Assembly (NCBI GenBank): GCA_026169815.1
Contig: JAPFDT010000043.1
Span: 15,118 to 79,117, forward strand
Direction: 5' to 3'
DNA length: 64,000 nucleotides
DNA from: Pseudogracilibacillus sp.
GTDB lineage: Bacteria; Bacillota; Bacilli; Bacillales; Amphibacillaceae
Position numbers and translations under genes: made by a program. The stretch's first letter is position 1, and each line of letters begins with the position of its first letter. Under the pieces are notes generated by a model that was not told where the DNA came from, ran no database searches, and worked only from the letters and a program-made list of their open reading frames with translations. Shown here in pieces: positions 28,684 to 38,317 of this stretch.

Positions 28684-31600
28684 TTATTTATATTTCGGTA
28701 CATCGAAAGTTAATGAATAGTTATCGAGTAAATCATAAAATTTAACAAGATTACTAGTTTGTTTAACCGCCCAATTAATATCTGTAGCGTATTGATGGAA
28801 GTATTTATCTCCATTTACAATACTCGTTGGATCCCACTTCATTTTATATAAAGTATCTTGTCCAGCATGAATATAGTTTTTAGCAACAAATTCTGCTCCC
28901 CCAATAATCGCATCTTCAGGTGTGAACCATCCTTCTTCAAAAGCTCGTTTCATACCACATTCCCTTGGATCCTCACACGAGTCTGCTGCACCAATGCCGT
29001 ACATATTATAAACTTTCATACCTTTATAAGTATCGCCATTAGCTAAAGCAGATGAGCCGTTTCCAGTTTCTAATAAGGCATGTGAGATTAAATATAATTC
29101 ATTAATATTAAACTTTTTGGCTGCTTCTTGAAAAGCCTTTGCTTTTCCAGATAATATTCCCTTATTATTAAGGATTTTATTATTTACTTCCTTATCATTT
29201 GTATATACTGGTTCGGAAAGTACAGCGAATTGATAATAAGCATTAGTACCTTTATTAAAGTTAGCAGGGTTCATACTCTTCTTAACTTCATCCTCTAGAG
29301 GAATAATCCAAGTATGAAATTTATAGTAATCACTAGTACTACTTTGTTCATAGACTGTAATAGTGTCATGTACATAACGTTCATCTATAGTTCCAATTTG
29401 CTTATTCTTTCCGTTAGGGCTATTATATACTTTTTGATTTTTTCCGTTGACCTTCCACTGTCCTTTTTCTTTTTTCAAAGCACTTTTCTTGACATACATA
29501 TTAGTATGGCTAGTTTTAGGCTTAGTTGGATTATTCATCTGGGCATTAACTACTTGATTGATTGTCATGTTATAATTTGTTGATTTATATTGTAACGTTT
29601 TTTTACCTACATCATCAACGTGAATATATCCTGTTTTATAAGATCCATTTACCTTTACTCTAGCTTCATACCAATTTTTCGAAAAAGTTTTGAATTTAAT
29701 CGGGCTTCCTTTAGAGTATGTTTTTATGACTTCAGAGTTTCTTGATGCAGTTTGATAGATCGTTGTCGGATCTTTTGCTGCAAATGATCCATTAACAGTT
29801 TTTTGTGCTTTTGCAGACTCAGCATCTTCAATATCTTTGTATTGGATATATCCTGTTTGATAAGAACCATTAATCTTCACGCTAGCTTGATACCAACCAT
29901 TACCATATTCTTTATACTTTAAAATACTCCCTTGCTCATAAGTTTTAATAACCTGAGAAGAAGAGAAGGGTTTTTGATAAATATTAGTTGGTTTCTTTAA
30001 TCCAATTCCCCTTAGGTCGATTTGATTAGAAGGCGTTCCTACATGGTTTTTATGAATATACCCAGTTTTATAGGTACCATTTACTTTTACCCTAGCCTCG
30101 TACCAATTACTGGAGAATGTTTTATATTTTAAGATACTACCTTTATTGTAAGATTTTAAAACTTTAGAATCAGTAGAACTTTTTGTATAAATATTTATTT
30201 TGTTTTGAAGCCCTACTCCGAATTCAGATTCTTGTTTAGCTACTTTGTTTTCCACGTGGGATTTATGAATGTACCCAGTTTTCTTATTCCCTTTAATAAA
30301 TACTGTAGCTTCATACCAATCTTTAGAAAAAGTTTTATACTTTAAAATCGATCCTTGTTCGTAAGACTTTAATTTTTTAGAATTAGTCGAAGCTTTAGAA
30401 TAAACGTTCGTAGGTGACTTAGTTCCGATACCCCTTGTTGTTTCTTGTTTACTCAATTTGTTTTCTACATGAGACTTGTGAATATATCCAGTTTTATAAG
30501 CACCGTTTACTTTTACTCTAGCTTCATACCAATCTTTAGAAAAAGTTTTATACTTTAAAATTGATCCTTGTTCGTAAGACTTTATTTTTTTAGAACTAGT
30601 CGAAGCTTTAGAATAAATATTCGTAGGTGACTTAGTGCCAATACCCCTTACCGTCTCTTGTTTATTCAATTTGTTTTCTACATGAGACTTGTGAATATAT
30701 CCAGTTTTATAAGCACCGTTTACTTTTACTCTAGCTTCATACCAATCTTTAGAAAAAGTTTTATACTTTAAAATCGATCCTTGTTCGTAAGATTTTAACT
30801 TACTAGAATTAGTTGCAGCTTTAGAATAAATATGTGTAGGTGATTTAGTACCAATTCCTTGTAAAGTTTCTTGTTTATCAACTTTACTTTCAACATGAGA
30901 TTTATTAATATACCCTGTAGAAGGTTTACCGTTAATAAAGACAGTTGCTTCATACCAATTCGAATTTAAAGAACGATATTTTAAAATCGATCCTTTTGAA
31001 TAAGACTTTAAAATATTTGAATCAGTAGATTGCTTAGAATAAACATTAGTCTCACTCTTCAAAGCAACTCCATAAAATATTTCTTGTTTCAATGAAAGTG
31101 TAGAGGTAGATGTTTTTTCTTTAGATGAATCATTAGAATTTAAATCATCTATCTCCTCAGTTTGAGTATCTTCAGAGTCAATGTCAGTATCGACTAAAGT
31201 ATCATCTTCATTAATATCATCATCTTGATTCGTTTCATTATCCTCGTTCTTTTTCTTATCAGATGAGTCATCTATAAGTTCGATATACTTATTTTCTACA
31301 TAACCTTCTAAAAAGTTAGCATCCAAGTCATTGTCAGAATTCCTATCTTCCTGTGACTCAGCATTTGATTCGTTATCATAAATCTCATCTTTTTCGAGTT
31401 TATCGCTAGAATCATTGATATCTAATTCCTCTTTTCTTACCATATCAATTACATCCCTGTCCACATCGGGACTATCTATTAATTTATTTAAATCAAGATT
31501 CGATGTGCTGGAATCAAACTTAACTAACGAATGTGTCTCGGACTTTTCTACAACTTCAACTTCATCATTATTTTCTAAGAAAAAAAGTATGTCATCTTTT

Positions 31601-31779
31601 TCATCCTTATCTTCTAGAACCTCCCGATATAATGGAATCTCTGAAATATCCTCATGGTCTATAGTTATAAAAGCATTGACTTTTAAACTGTTATCTTCTT
31701 CTGAGTTATTATCGTTTGCTAACGCATAAAGAGGGGTGAATGAAGTTTGAACAACCAGTATAAATGTAAGGAAAACCAA
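28684..31779 (-). CDS. Secreted cell-wall hydrolase: acidic linker, ~9 SH3b repeats, C-terminal N-acetylglucosaminidase (LytD-like glucosaminidase domain)
   Basis: 1031+ aa with the same SH3b module family as the amidase gene. C-terminal region has AFQEAAKKFNINELYLISHALLETGNGSS ... YNMYGIGA ... ATDINWA. The true start is probably a few codons upstream (see findings). Confidence 0.85.
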   Translation of the reverse strand: MVFLTFILVVQTSFTPLYALANDNNSEEDNSLKVNAFITIDHEDISEIPLYREVLEDKDEKDDILFFLENNDEVEVVEKSETHSLVKFDSSTSNLDLNKLIDSPDVDRDVIDMVRKEELDINDSSDKLEKDEIYDNESNAESQEDRNSDNDLDANFLEGYVENKYIELIDDSSDKKKNEDNETNQDDDINEDDTLVDTDIDSEDTQTEEIDDLNSNDSSKEKTSTSTLSLKQEIFYGVALKSETNVYSKQSTDSNILKSYSKGSILKYRSLNSNWYEATVFINGKPSTGYINKSHVESKVDKQETLQGIGTKSPTHIYSKAATNSSKLKSYEQGSILKYKTFSKDWYEARVKVNGAYKTGYIHKSHVENKLNKQETVRGIGTKSPTNIYSKASTSSKKIKSYEQGSILKYKTFSKDWYEARVKVNGAYKTGYIHKSHVENKLSKQETTRGIGTKSPTNVYSKASTNSKKLKSYEQGSILKYKTFSKDWYEATVFIKGNKKTGYIHKSHVENKVAKQESEFGVGLQNKINIYTKSSTDSKVLKSYNKGSILKYKTFSSNWYEARVKVNGTYKTGYIHKNHVGTPSNQIDLRGIGLKKPTNIYQKPFSSSQVIKTYEQGSILKYKEYGNGWYQASVKINGSYQTGYIQYKDIEDAESAKAQKTVNGSFAAKDPTTIYQTASRNSEVIKTYSKGSPIKFKTFSKNWYEARVKVNGSYKTGYIHVDDVGKKTLQYKSTNYNMTINQVVNAQMNNPTKPKTSHTNMYVKKSALKKEKGQWKVNGKNQKVYNSPNGKNKQIGTIDERYVHDTITVYEQSSTSDYYKFHTWIIPLEDEVKKSMNPANFNKGTNAYYQFAVLSEPVYTNDKEVNNKILNNKGILSGKAKAFQEAAKKFNINELYLISHALLETGNGSSALANGDTYKGMKVYNMYGIGAADSCEDPRECGMKRAFEEGWFTPEDAIIGGAEFVAKNYIHAGQDTLYKMKWDPTSIVNGDKYFHQYATDINWAVKQTSNLVKFYDLLDNYSLTFDVPKYK
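30238..30876 (-). repeat. Three near-identical in-frame 213-bp (71-aa) tandem SH3b modules inside the glucosaminidase gene
   Basis: Unit starts (minus strand) are at 30876, 30663 and 30450. Long stretches are identical between units, e.g. CCAGTTTTATAAGCACCGTTTACTTTTACTCTAGCTTCATACCAATC at 30488 and 30701. Confidence 0.9.
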
Positions 31780-32301
31780 AGCAATTTTTCTGTTAATTAT
31801 TATGAGTCACTCCTTATTTAAATTGTGTAGACAAAAAATAAACTATCCTCCTTTAATTTTATAACCCTAGTATTATACCATTCCTTTGTTATGTTCTTAA
31901 AAGAGGGGTATAATTGCTAGTCACTAATGACTATATTATTAAAAAGGTAATAATGCAATTATAATATAATAATAAAACATTCATATAACAAGAAAAAACA
32001 ATTTGTGAAGAAAATATTACAATTTGAACAAATCTATTATTTCGGATTTATATATATTAGTAGAGTAAGTGATACTAAGATAGATGTGGTAATATATTGT
32101 TTGAAAATTAATAAACTATAGTAAAGAAAGAAGTGGGATAATATCAAAAATGATATTTGGCAGATGACTTATAAAGAGTTATATTATCATTTCTTCATAA
32201 ATTTGATATAATTGATAAGGATAAAAGACTTATGATAAGTTGTTGTATTGGAAAAGCTCATAAAGAGATATGAAATAAAAATTAATAAATAGGAGTTAAA
32301 C

Positions 32302-35300
32302 ATGTCTATGTTGTCATTATTTAAAAAGAAGAATAAAAAATTTAAACATAAATTAAGCTTAATACAAAATGAAAATGAATTAAATATTCAAGGAGAACTT
32401 GGTAATGAAAAGTATTTAGTTACAGGTCTTTATCTCGTAAACCGTCAAAGCTTTTACGAAAAGCATGAATATGGTAAACAAAAACCATCTATTAACTTTA
32501 AATTTTCAGTATCATTATCAACGTTATTACAAAACTTGAGAAAGAGTGATTTAGAGGAAACATACGACTGGTACTTACAAGTAAGATGTTTGGAGGAAAA
32601 CCTTACAGAAGCTAAACGAAATTCAGATGATGTTTATATCTTTGAAGAAAAAGAAGAAAAATGGGCTGAATACTTAATAAGATGTGGCAGATTTCAACAT
32701 ACATTTGCAAAACCTTTAACTCCATATGAAGAACAGGGTCATACAATTGATAATTTTATCACTCTGAAAGGTAATTTATCTTTAAATATTAATAAGGAAG
32801 CTTCATCTCCTGTAAAACTGCAAATAGATAATGTTAAAAGCTCCAAAGGACAACTTCATCTGAAAGGAAAGATTTTTAGTAGAAGTTCTTTTGTTGGGAC
32901 GGGACAAGTCTGTGTGATAGGACGAACTTCAGGAATACAATTAAAAGCAAACACGATAAACTTTAATCACCTAAAAATAGAGACCATTAATAAATTTGGT
33001 TTAAATCGTTATACGTACGAAGCTACAATAGATTTAGTTCATATGAATGGTGATGAACTATTACCTGAAGATGTCTATGATTTATTTCTTAATATTAAAT
33101 TTCATGATAAAAATGAGGAAACTTTAATTCGGGTAGGTAAACCTACTCGTAGAGCAAAGTTGTTTTTAAAGGATATGTACTCAATTATAGGACAAGAAGC
33201 CACAATAATAAACCCTTATTATACTTTTAAATTAGAGAATTTATCATTTGAAATATATAACTACCCGATTGAATCCTATAGATATTTACGTAAATTATTA
33301 AGGTTCTCATGGATTATTCGGTTATTAAATAAGCATAAAAATGTTTGGTTAGTTGGAGAACGAACGTATAAGGCACAGGATACAGGATATAGCTTTTTTA
33401 AACATATGCGTGAAACATATCCAGAAAAAAATGTATATTATGTCATCGACGAAAGATCTCCAGAGAAGGGAAATGTAGAGGCATTAGGAAATACGTTAAA
33501 TTATAAATCAAAAGAGCATATTTGGAATACAATTATTGCTCAAAAGGTTATATCATCTCATCATCCAGATTATTTATATCCTTTAAGAACACCAACATTT
33601 AAAAAGAAGATCAAGCCTGATAAAGCATTTTTACAGCATGGTGTAATGGGGACGAAGAACATGGTCGCAAATTATGGTAAGAATGCTCAAGGCTTTAATA
33701 CTGATTTATTTATGGTTAGTTCGGAATTTGAAAAGGATATGATAATTAATGACTTTGGATATGATGCTAATCAAGTTTTCGTAACGGGACTTTCCCGCTT
33801 CGACCAACTGTTTGCTAACGATGTAAAAGTAAAAAGACAAATATTAATTATACCGACATGGAGAGATTGGATTATAACCGATCAAGCCTTTTTAGAAAGT
33901 GAATACTATGAACGCTATACACAATTAATCAATAATGAATTATTACATCGAATGGCTTATGAACATAAGTTTGATATATTGTTTTGTTTACATCCGAATA
34001 TGCAACAATACAGTAAACACTTTGAAAGTGAAGCTGTTAAAGTCATTAATCAAGGTGAAATTGATGTACAATATTTAATAAAAGAAAGTGCCATGATGAT
34101 TACCGATTATTCAAGTGTTGGTTTTGATTTCAGTTTCTTGCATAAACCTGTAATATATTATCAATTTGATCGAAATAGATTTATTGGTAGGCGTCCATCC
34201 CATTTGGATTTAGATAATGACCTGCCTGGGGATATAGCTTTTGAACTTGAATCATTGCTAGAGTATATTCAAAATCATGTTGAGTATGATTTTACAATGA
34301 AGGATAAATATAAATTTCGTGCAAATAACTTCATAAAATACAGAGATCAAGGGGCTTCGGAAAGAATTTATCAAGTTATTCAACATAATACGGTAAAGAA
34401 AAGTTTTAAAGATAACCCAGACTATCAGATAATTAGGGACGCATTATACAATAAGTTTCGTAAAAGCAAACATTATTTTCCGATAATGAAATTATTTTAT
34501 AACGTGGGAAGAGTCATAGTACCAGTTGATAAAAAATTAATAGTATTCGAAAGTGGTCTAGGAAGACAATATGGAGATAGTCCTAAAGATATTTATGAAG
34601 AAATATTAAAACAAGAGTTAAATTATAAAAAAGTTTGGATTTATAATAGGCAACATAGCTTTTCTGATTCTTCTACTAAAAAAGTGCAACGTTTAAGTCC
34701 ACAGTATTATTATTATTTACTAAGGGCACGATACTGGGTAAATAATCAAAACTTCCCAACGTACATCAAAAAACGTTCACAAACGACTTACTTGCAAACG
34801 TGGCACGGAACGCCGTTGAAAAAAATGTTGTATGACATAGAAGAAATTCAAGGTAGAAGTGAGGATTATTTAGACAGAGTTAGTGATGCTATTAAAAATT
34901 GGGATTATTTAATTTCTCCTAGTCCCTATGCTTCGGAAGCATTTAGAAGTGCATTTAACTATAAGAAAGACATAATCGAAACTGGGTATCCAAGAAATGA
35001 TATATTTTATCGACATGACCAGGAAATTTTGAAAAGGAAAGTATTAAATCGTCTACACTTACCTAAAGATAAAAAGATTATTCTTTATGCACCAACATTC
35101 AGAGATAACAGAACGTCCGTAAATAATAAATTTATATTTGATTTGGAGATGGATTTAAATGTTATGCGAGAGCAACTAGGCGATGACTATGTTGTTTTAT
35201 TAAGAATGCATGTCGTTATGCAAAGAAATTTAAGTATAGATGAGTCGCTTGAAGACTTTGTTTATGACGTATCAAGTTATCCAGATATCCAAGAATTACA

Positions 35301-35622
35301 ATTAATAACAGATGTTTTAATTACAGATTATTCTTCTGTTATGTTTGATTTTGCTAATACTGGTAAACCAATGTTGTTCTTTACTTATGATTTAGCAGAA
35401 TATCGCGATAAAACTAGAGGGTTTTATATGAATTTTGAAGAAGAAGCCCCTGGACCTTTAGTATTTAATACAGAAGAAATAATTAATTCAATAAAAGATT
35501 TAGATTCAACTGTTCTGGATTATGAAGACAAATATGAAAAGTTCACTTTAAAATATTGTGCACTCGAAGATGGAGAAGCAAGCAAAAGAGTTGTAGAAAA
35601 GGTATTTATAAAAGATAAATAA
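32302..35622 (+). CDS. Fused double CDP-glycerol glycerophosphotransferase (TagF-like N-domain + polymerase domain + second TagB/TarF-like domain)
   Basis: 1106 aa. The first catalytic domain runs ~aa 340-700 (FLQHGVMGTKNM, MITDYSSVGFDFSFLHKPVIYYQFD). The second runs ~aa 715-1106 (LQTWHGTPLKKM, ILYAPTFRDN, LITDYSSVMFDFANTGKPMLFFTYD). Confidence 0.85.
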   Translation: MSMLSLFKKKNKKFKHKLSLIQNENELNIQGELGNEKYLVTGLYLVNRQSFYEKHEYGKQKPSINFKFSVSLSTLLQNLRKSDLEETYDWYLQVRCLEENLTEAKRNSDDVYIFEEKEEKWAEYLIRCGRFQHTFAKPLTPYEEQGHTIDNFITLKGNLSLNINKEASSPVKLQIDNVKSSKGQLHLKGKIFSRSSFVGTGQVCVIGRTSGIQLKANTINFNHLKIETINKFGLNRYTYEATIDLVHMNGDELLPEDVYDLFLNIKFHDKNEETLIRVGKPTRRAKLFLKDMYSIIGQEATIINPYYTFKLENLSFEIYNYPIESYRYLRKLLRFSWIIRLLNKHKNVWLVGERTYKAQDTGYSFFKHMRETYPEKNVYYVIDERSPEKGNVEALGNTLNYKSKEHIWNTIIAQKVISSHHPDYLYPLRTPTFKKKIKPDKAFLQHGVMGTKNMVANYGKNAQGFNTDLFMVSSEFEKDMIINDFGYDANQVFVTGLSRFDQLFANDVKVKRQILIIPTWRDWIITDQAFLESEYYERYTQLINNELLHRMAYEHKFDILFCLHPNMQQYSKHFESEAVKVINQGEIDVQYLIKESAMMITDYSSVGFDFSFLHKPVIYYQFDRNRFIGRRPSHLDLDNDLPGDIAFELESLLEYIQNHVEYDFTMKDKYKFRANNFIKYRDQGASERIYQVIQHNTVKKSFKDNPDYQIIRDALYNKFRKSKHYFPIMKLFYNVGRVIVPVDKKLIVFESGLGRQYGDSPKDIYEEILKQELNYKKVWIYNRQHSFSDSSTKKVQRLSPQYYYYLLRARYWVNNQNFPTYIKKRSQTTYLQTWHGTPLKKMLYDIEEIQGRSEDYLDRVSDAIKNWDYLISPSPYASEAFRSAFNYKKDIIETGYPRNDIFYRHDQEILKRKVLNRLHLPKDKKIILYAPTFRDNRTSVNNKFIFDLEMDLNVMREQLGDDYVVLLRMHVVMQRNLSIDESLEDFVYDVSSYPDIQELQLITDVLITDYSSVMFDFANTGKPMLFFTYDLAEYRDKTRGFYMNFEEEAPGPLVFNTEEIINSIKDLDSTVLDYEDKYEKFTLKYCALEDGEASKRVVEKVFIKDK

Positions 35623-35815
35623 TAATTCATACTAAAGACTAAAAAACATTTCACATAAAATTTAACTCATTCTGTTTTCAATAAAAGATGATTTATTCTA
35701 TAGAGTTATAGGGGTAGAGTTAGGAAAAATAAATTAATTAACATCTATCTTTAAAATGCTAACCTTATCTAAGATAGAAAGTTAGTTAATCAGCGAAATA
35801 AATTATAAATATGGA

Positions 35816-36250
35816 TTATATTTGAAAGTTTTTTAGGTAAACAATATGGTGTTAATCCACGCGTGGTTTTGAATATATGAAAGAACATTATCCAGAGTTT
35901 AAAATGTACTGGAGTATAGAGCGGAAGTCGTTGTATTTGTTCGGCAATCTCCCAAATATTTCTATTCGGCGAATTTTAATTAAATGGTGCCTTTAATAAA
36001 TCGTGCGTAATACTAGTATTGGATATCGAATAGCCGACTTCCGTTATGGATGCCTAAGCGAAAGAAAACCATATATATACAAACTTGGCATGGTACCCCA
36101 TTAAACGATTAGCTGTAGATATGGATGAAGTGCATATGCCAGGAACAAACACAGAAGTATATAAAAAATCTTTACAACTGTCGTTGAATAAAAAGGTAAT
36201 TCTATACGCTCCAACATAGCGTGATAATCAGTTTACTTTTGAAATGGATG
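35816..36250 (+). pseudogene. Decayed, internally deleted copy of the TagF-like gene at 39935..41116
   Basis: Clear nucleotide similarity to 40030-40630 (e.g. TTTGAAAGTTTTTTAGGTAAACAATA, TATATATACAAAC-TGGCATGGTAC, GATATGGATGAAGT-CATATGCC-GGAACA). It is interrupted by multiple stops and frameshifts and lacks a ~190-bp internal segment. Confidence 0.8.
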
Positions 36251-36379
36251 GAATAGCACGTTAGTATCAAGATGCTTTCCAAATCTAGCGAACAGACAGT
36301 GCATAATCAAGTATGTATTTTGTCATTAATGTGAATGAAAAAGCTACAGGAATTATCACGTTTTAAAAGGAGATTAAAA

Positions 36380-37885
36380 ATGAAAAATAAAACGCCCATA
36401 ATTTTATTAAATTCATTAAACATAAATAGAGGAGGCGTCACAAAATCTGTTCTTACCTATGCTAATCTGTTAGTAAAGCAATATAAGAAAGTGATTATAG
36501 GCACATTTTTATATCAGCGTAACCATAAAGAAATAGTACAAACATTATATGAACAAAACAAGTTAGATAAACGTGTTATTGTATTAAATATGTTTGAAGA
36601 AATGAAACCAAATAAAAAACAAAAGATTATAGAGCATAAAATAAAGGAAAAAAAATTAATTGAAATTGAAGATACAAATCAAAAAACTCCTTCATTTCGA
36701 TATTTTAAAAATGGATTATATGTTAAATATAAAAGATTTGATGAAGATGGTAATTTAATATTTATTGATTATATGAATAATGCAAGACAAAGAATCCTCA
36801 GAGAAGAATATAATTCTTTTGGTTTATTAAGTCGTAGAAGACATATGGATTTAACTACAAATCAGTCCAGATTAGATCAATACTTTGATAATAAGGAAAA
36901 TTGTTATTTAACTACTTGGATTAATCCTAAAACATTAAAAGAAGCGCGCTTTTTTAATTTTGTTAAAAATCCGATAGAATTTAAATCATTAAATGAAATA
37001 AGAACTTTTTGGTTAAATAAAATAATTAATAACATAAAAAATCCTGTCTTTATAATTGATCAAAGAAATATCGATAATTTAATGAAAAACATTCAACACT
37101 CTAACCTAAAAACAATAGCTGTTTTACACAATAATTATTATGAAAAACCTTATACATATGGTTCAAATATAAAGCCTGATTTTCATTATTTATTTAATAA
37201 TCTTGCTTTATTCGATAAAATTATTTGTTTAACACAAGCTCAAAAAACGGATATCTTCAGGGACTTTAATTTAGACAACAATAAAGTTGAAGTTATTTCT
37301 CACGCAGTCGAGCCAGTTGATAGTGATGTATTAACTAATCAAAATAAGGTTAACCCATATACCGCAGTATCTATTGCGAGATATGTGAAGCAAAAAAGAA
37401 TTGATGAGGCTATTTATGCATTTAGATTAGTAGTTAATAAAATTCCAAACGCACAATATCATATCTATGGACAAGGTAACCAGCAAGAAGCGTTACAAAA
37501 ATTAATAAATGATTTAGATTTGCAAAATAATGTTAAATTAAAAGGTTATACTAATGAAGCTTACAATGAACTTAGTAAAGCGAGTTGTTCAATTCTAACT
37601 TCTGATTTTGAAGGTTTTGGAAGAGTTGTATCTGAAAGTCTTTCTGTGGGAACACCGGTAGTATCTTATAATATAAACTATGGTCCTCCTGATATTATTC
37701 GAAACAATGTTGATGGGTATATCGTAGAAAAAGGGAATAAACAAGAATTAGCTGAAAAAATTATTGACATATTTAAGAATGAAAAATTAAGAAAAAGGTT
37801 ATCAAAAAATGCATTAGAAGTTAAGGAGAGATTTAGTTACAAAAAATTAGAGAATAAATGGCTAGATCTTTTAAAGAGAATATAA
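36380..37885 (+). CDS. Glycosyltransferase family 4 (TagE-like teichoic acid glycosyltransferase candidate)
   Basis: ATG at 36380 follows AAAGGAG. C-terminal GT1/GT4 motif SDFEGFGRVVSESLSVGTPVVSYNINYGPPDII. Located inside the tag cluster. Confidence 0.75.
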   Translation: MKNKTPIILLNSLNINRGGVTKSVLTYANLLVKQYKKVIIGTFLYQRNHKEIVQTLYEQNKLDKRVIVLNMFEEMKPNKKQKIIEHKIKEKKLIEIEDTNQKTPSFRYFKNGLYVKYKRFDEDGNLIFIDYMNNARQRILREEYNSFGLLSRRRHMDLTTNQSRLDQYFDNKENCYLTTWINPKTLKEARFFNFVKNPIEFKSLNEIRTFWLNKIINNIKNPVFIIDQRNIDNLMKNIQHSNLKTIAVLHNNYYEKPYTYGSNIKPDFHYLFNNLALFDKIICLTQAQKTDIFRDFNLDNNKVEVISHAVEPVDSDVLTNQNKVNPYTAVSIARYVKQKRIDEAIYAFRLVVNKIPNAQYHIYGQGNQQEALQKLINDLDLQNNVKLKGYTNEAYNELSKASCSILTSDFEGFGRVVSESLSVGTPVVSYNINYGPPDIIRNNVDGYIVEKGNKQELAEKIIDIFKNEKLRKRLSKNALEVKERFSYKKLENKWLDLLKRI

Positions 37886-38317
37886 ACAAACAAGCTCTTG
37901 TACTTGATTTTTTGATTATGGAAAATCAATTATTTAAATACTCTAAGCTGTAAGAACACTGTACTTTATTGCATAGAGCTTTCAAACCTGCCAATATGAT
38001 AATAAATTCAAGAGCTAAATCATTAAAAATATATGAATGTGTAACAGCTAAAAATCGATCCTCACTTTTCAGGTATTAATCTTATTTTCAATCATCAACT
38101 TTTTATCACGAAATATAAGAACATAGTTTACTTAGTGATTATTTAGAAAAAGCATTAAGTTTAATTGAAAAATATACATTCTATATTTATAGGTTTTATT
38201 TCGTTTTTAAGTACTTAGGCGTAAAAGCTCGATTCAAATTTTGGCGAGTTATGTTTATCTTGTTATAGTTTAAAAAAATTATGTTATATTAAATCTTCAT
38301 GAAGAGGTGAATAGTAA

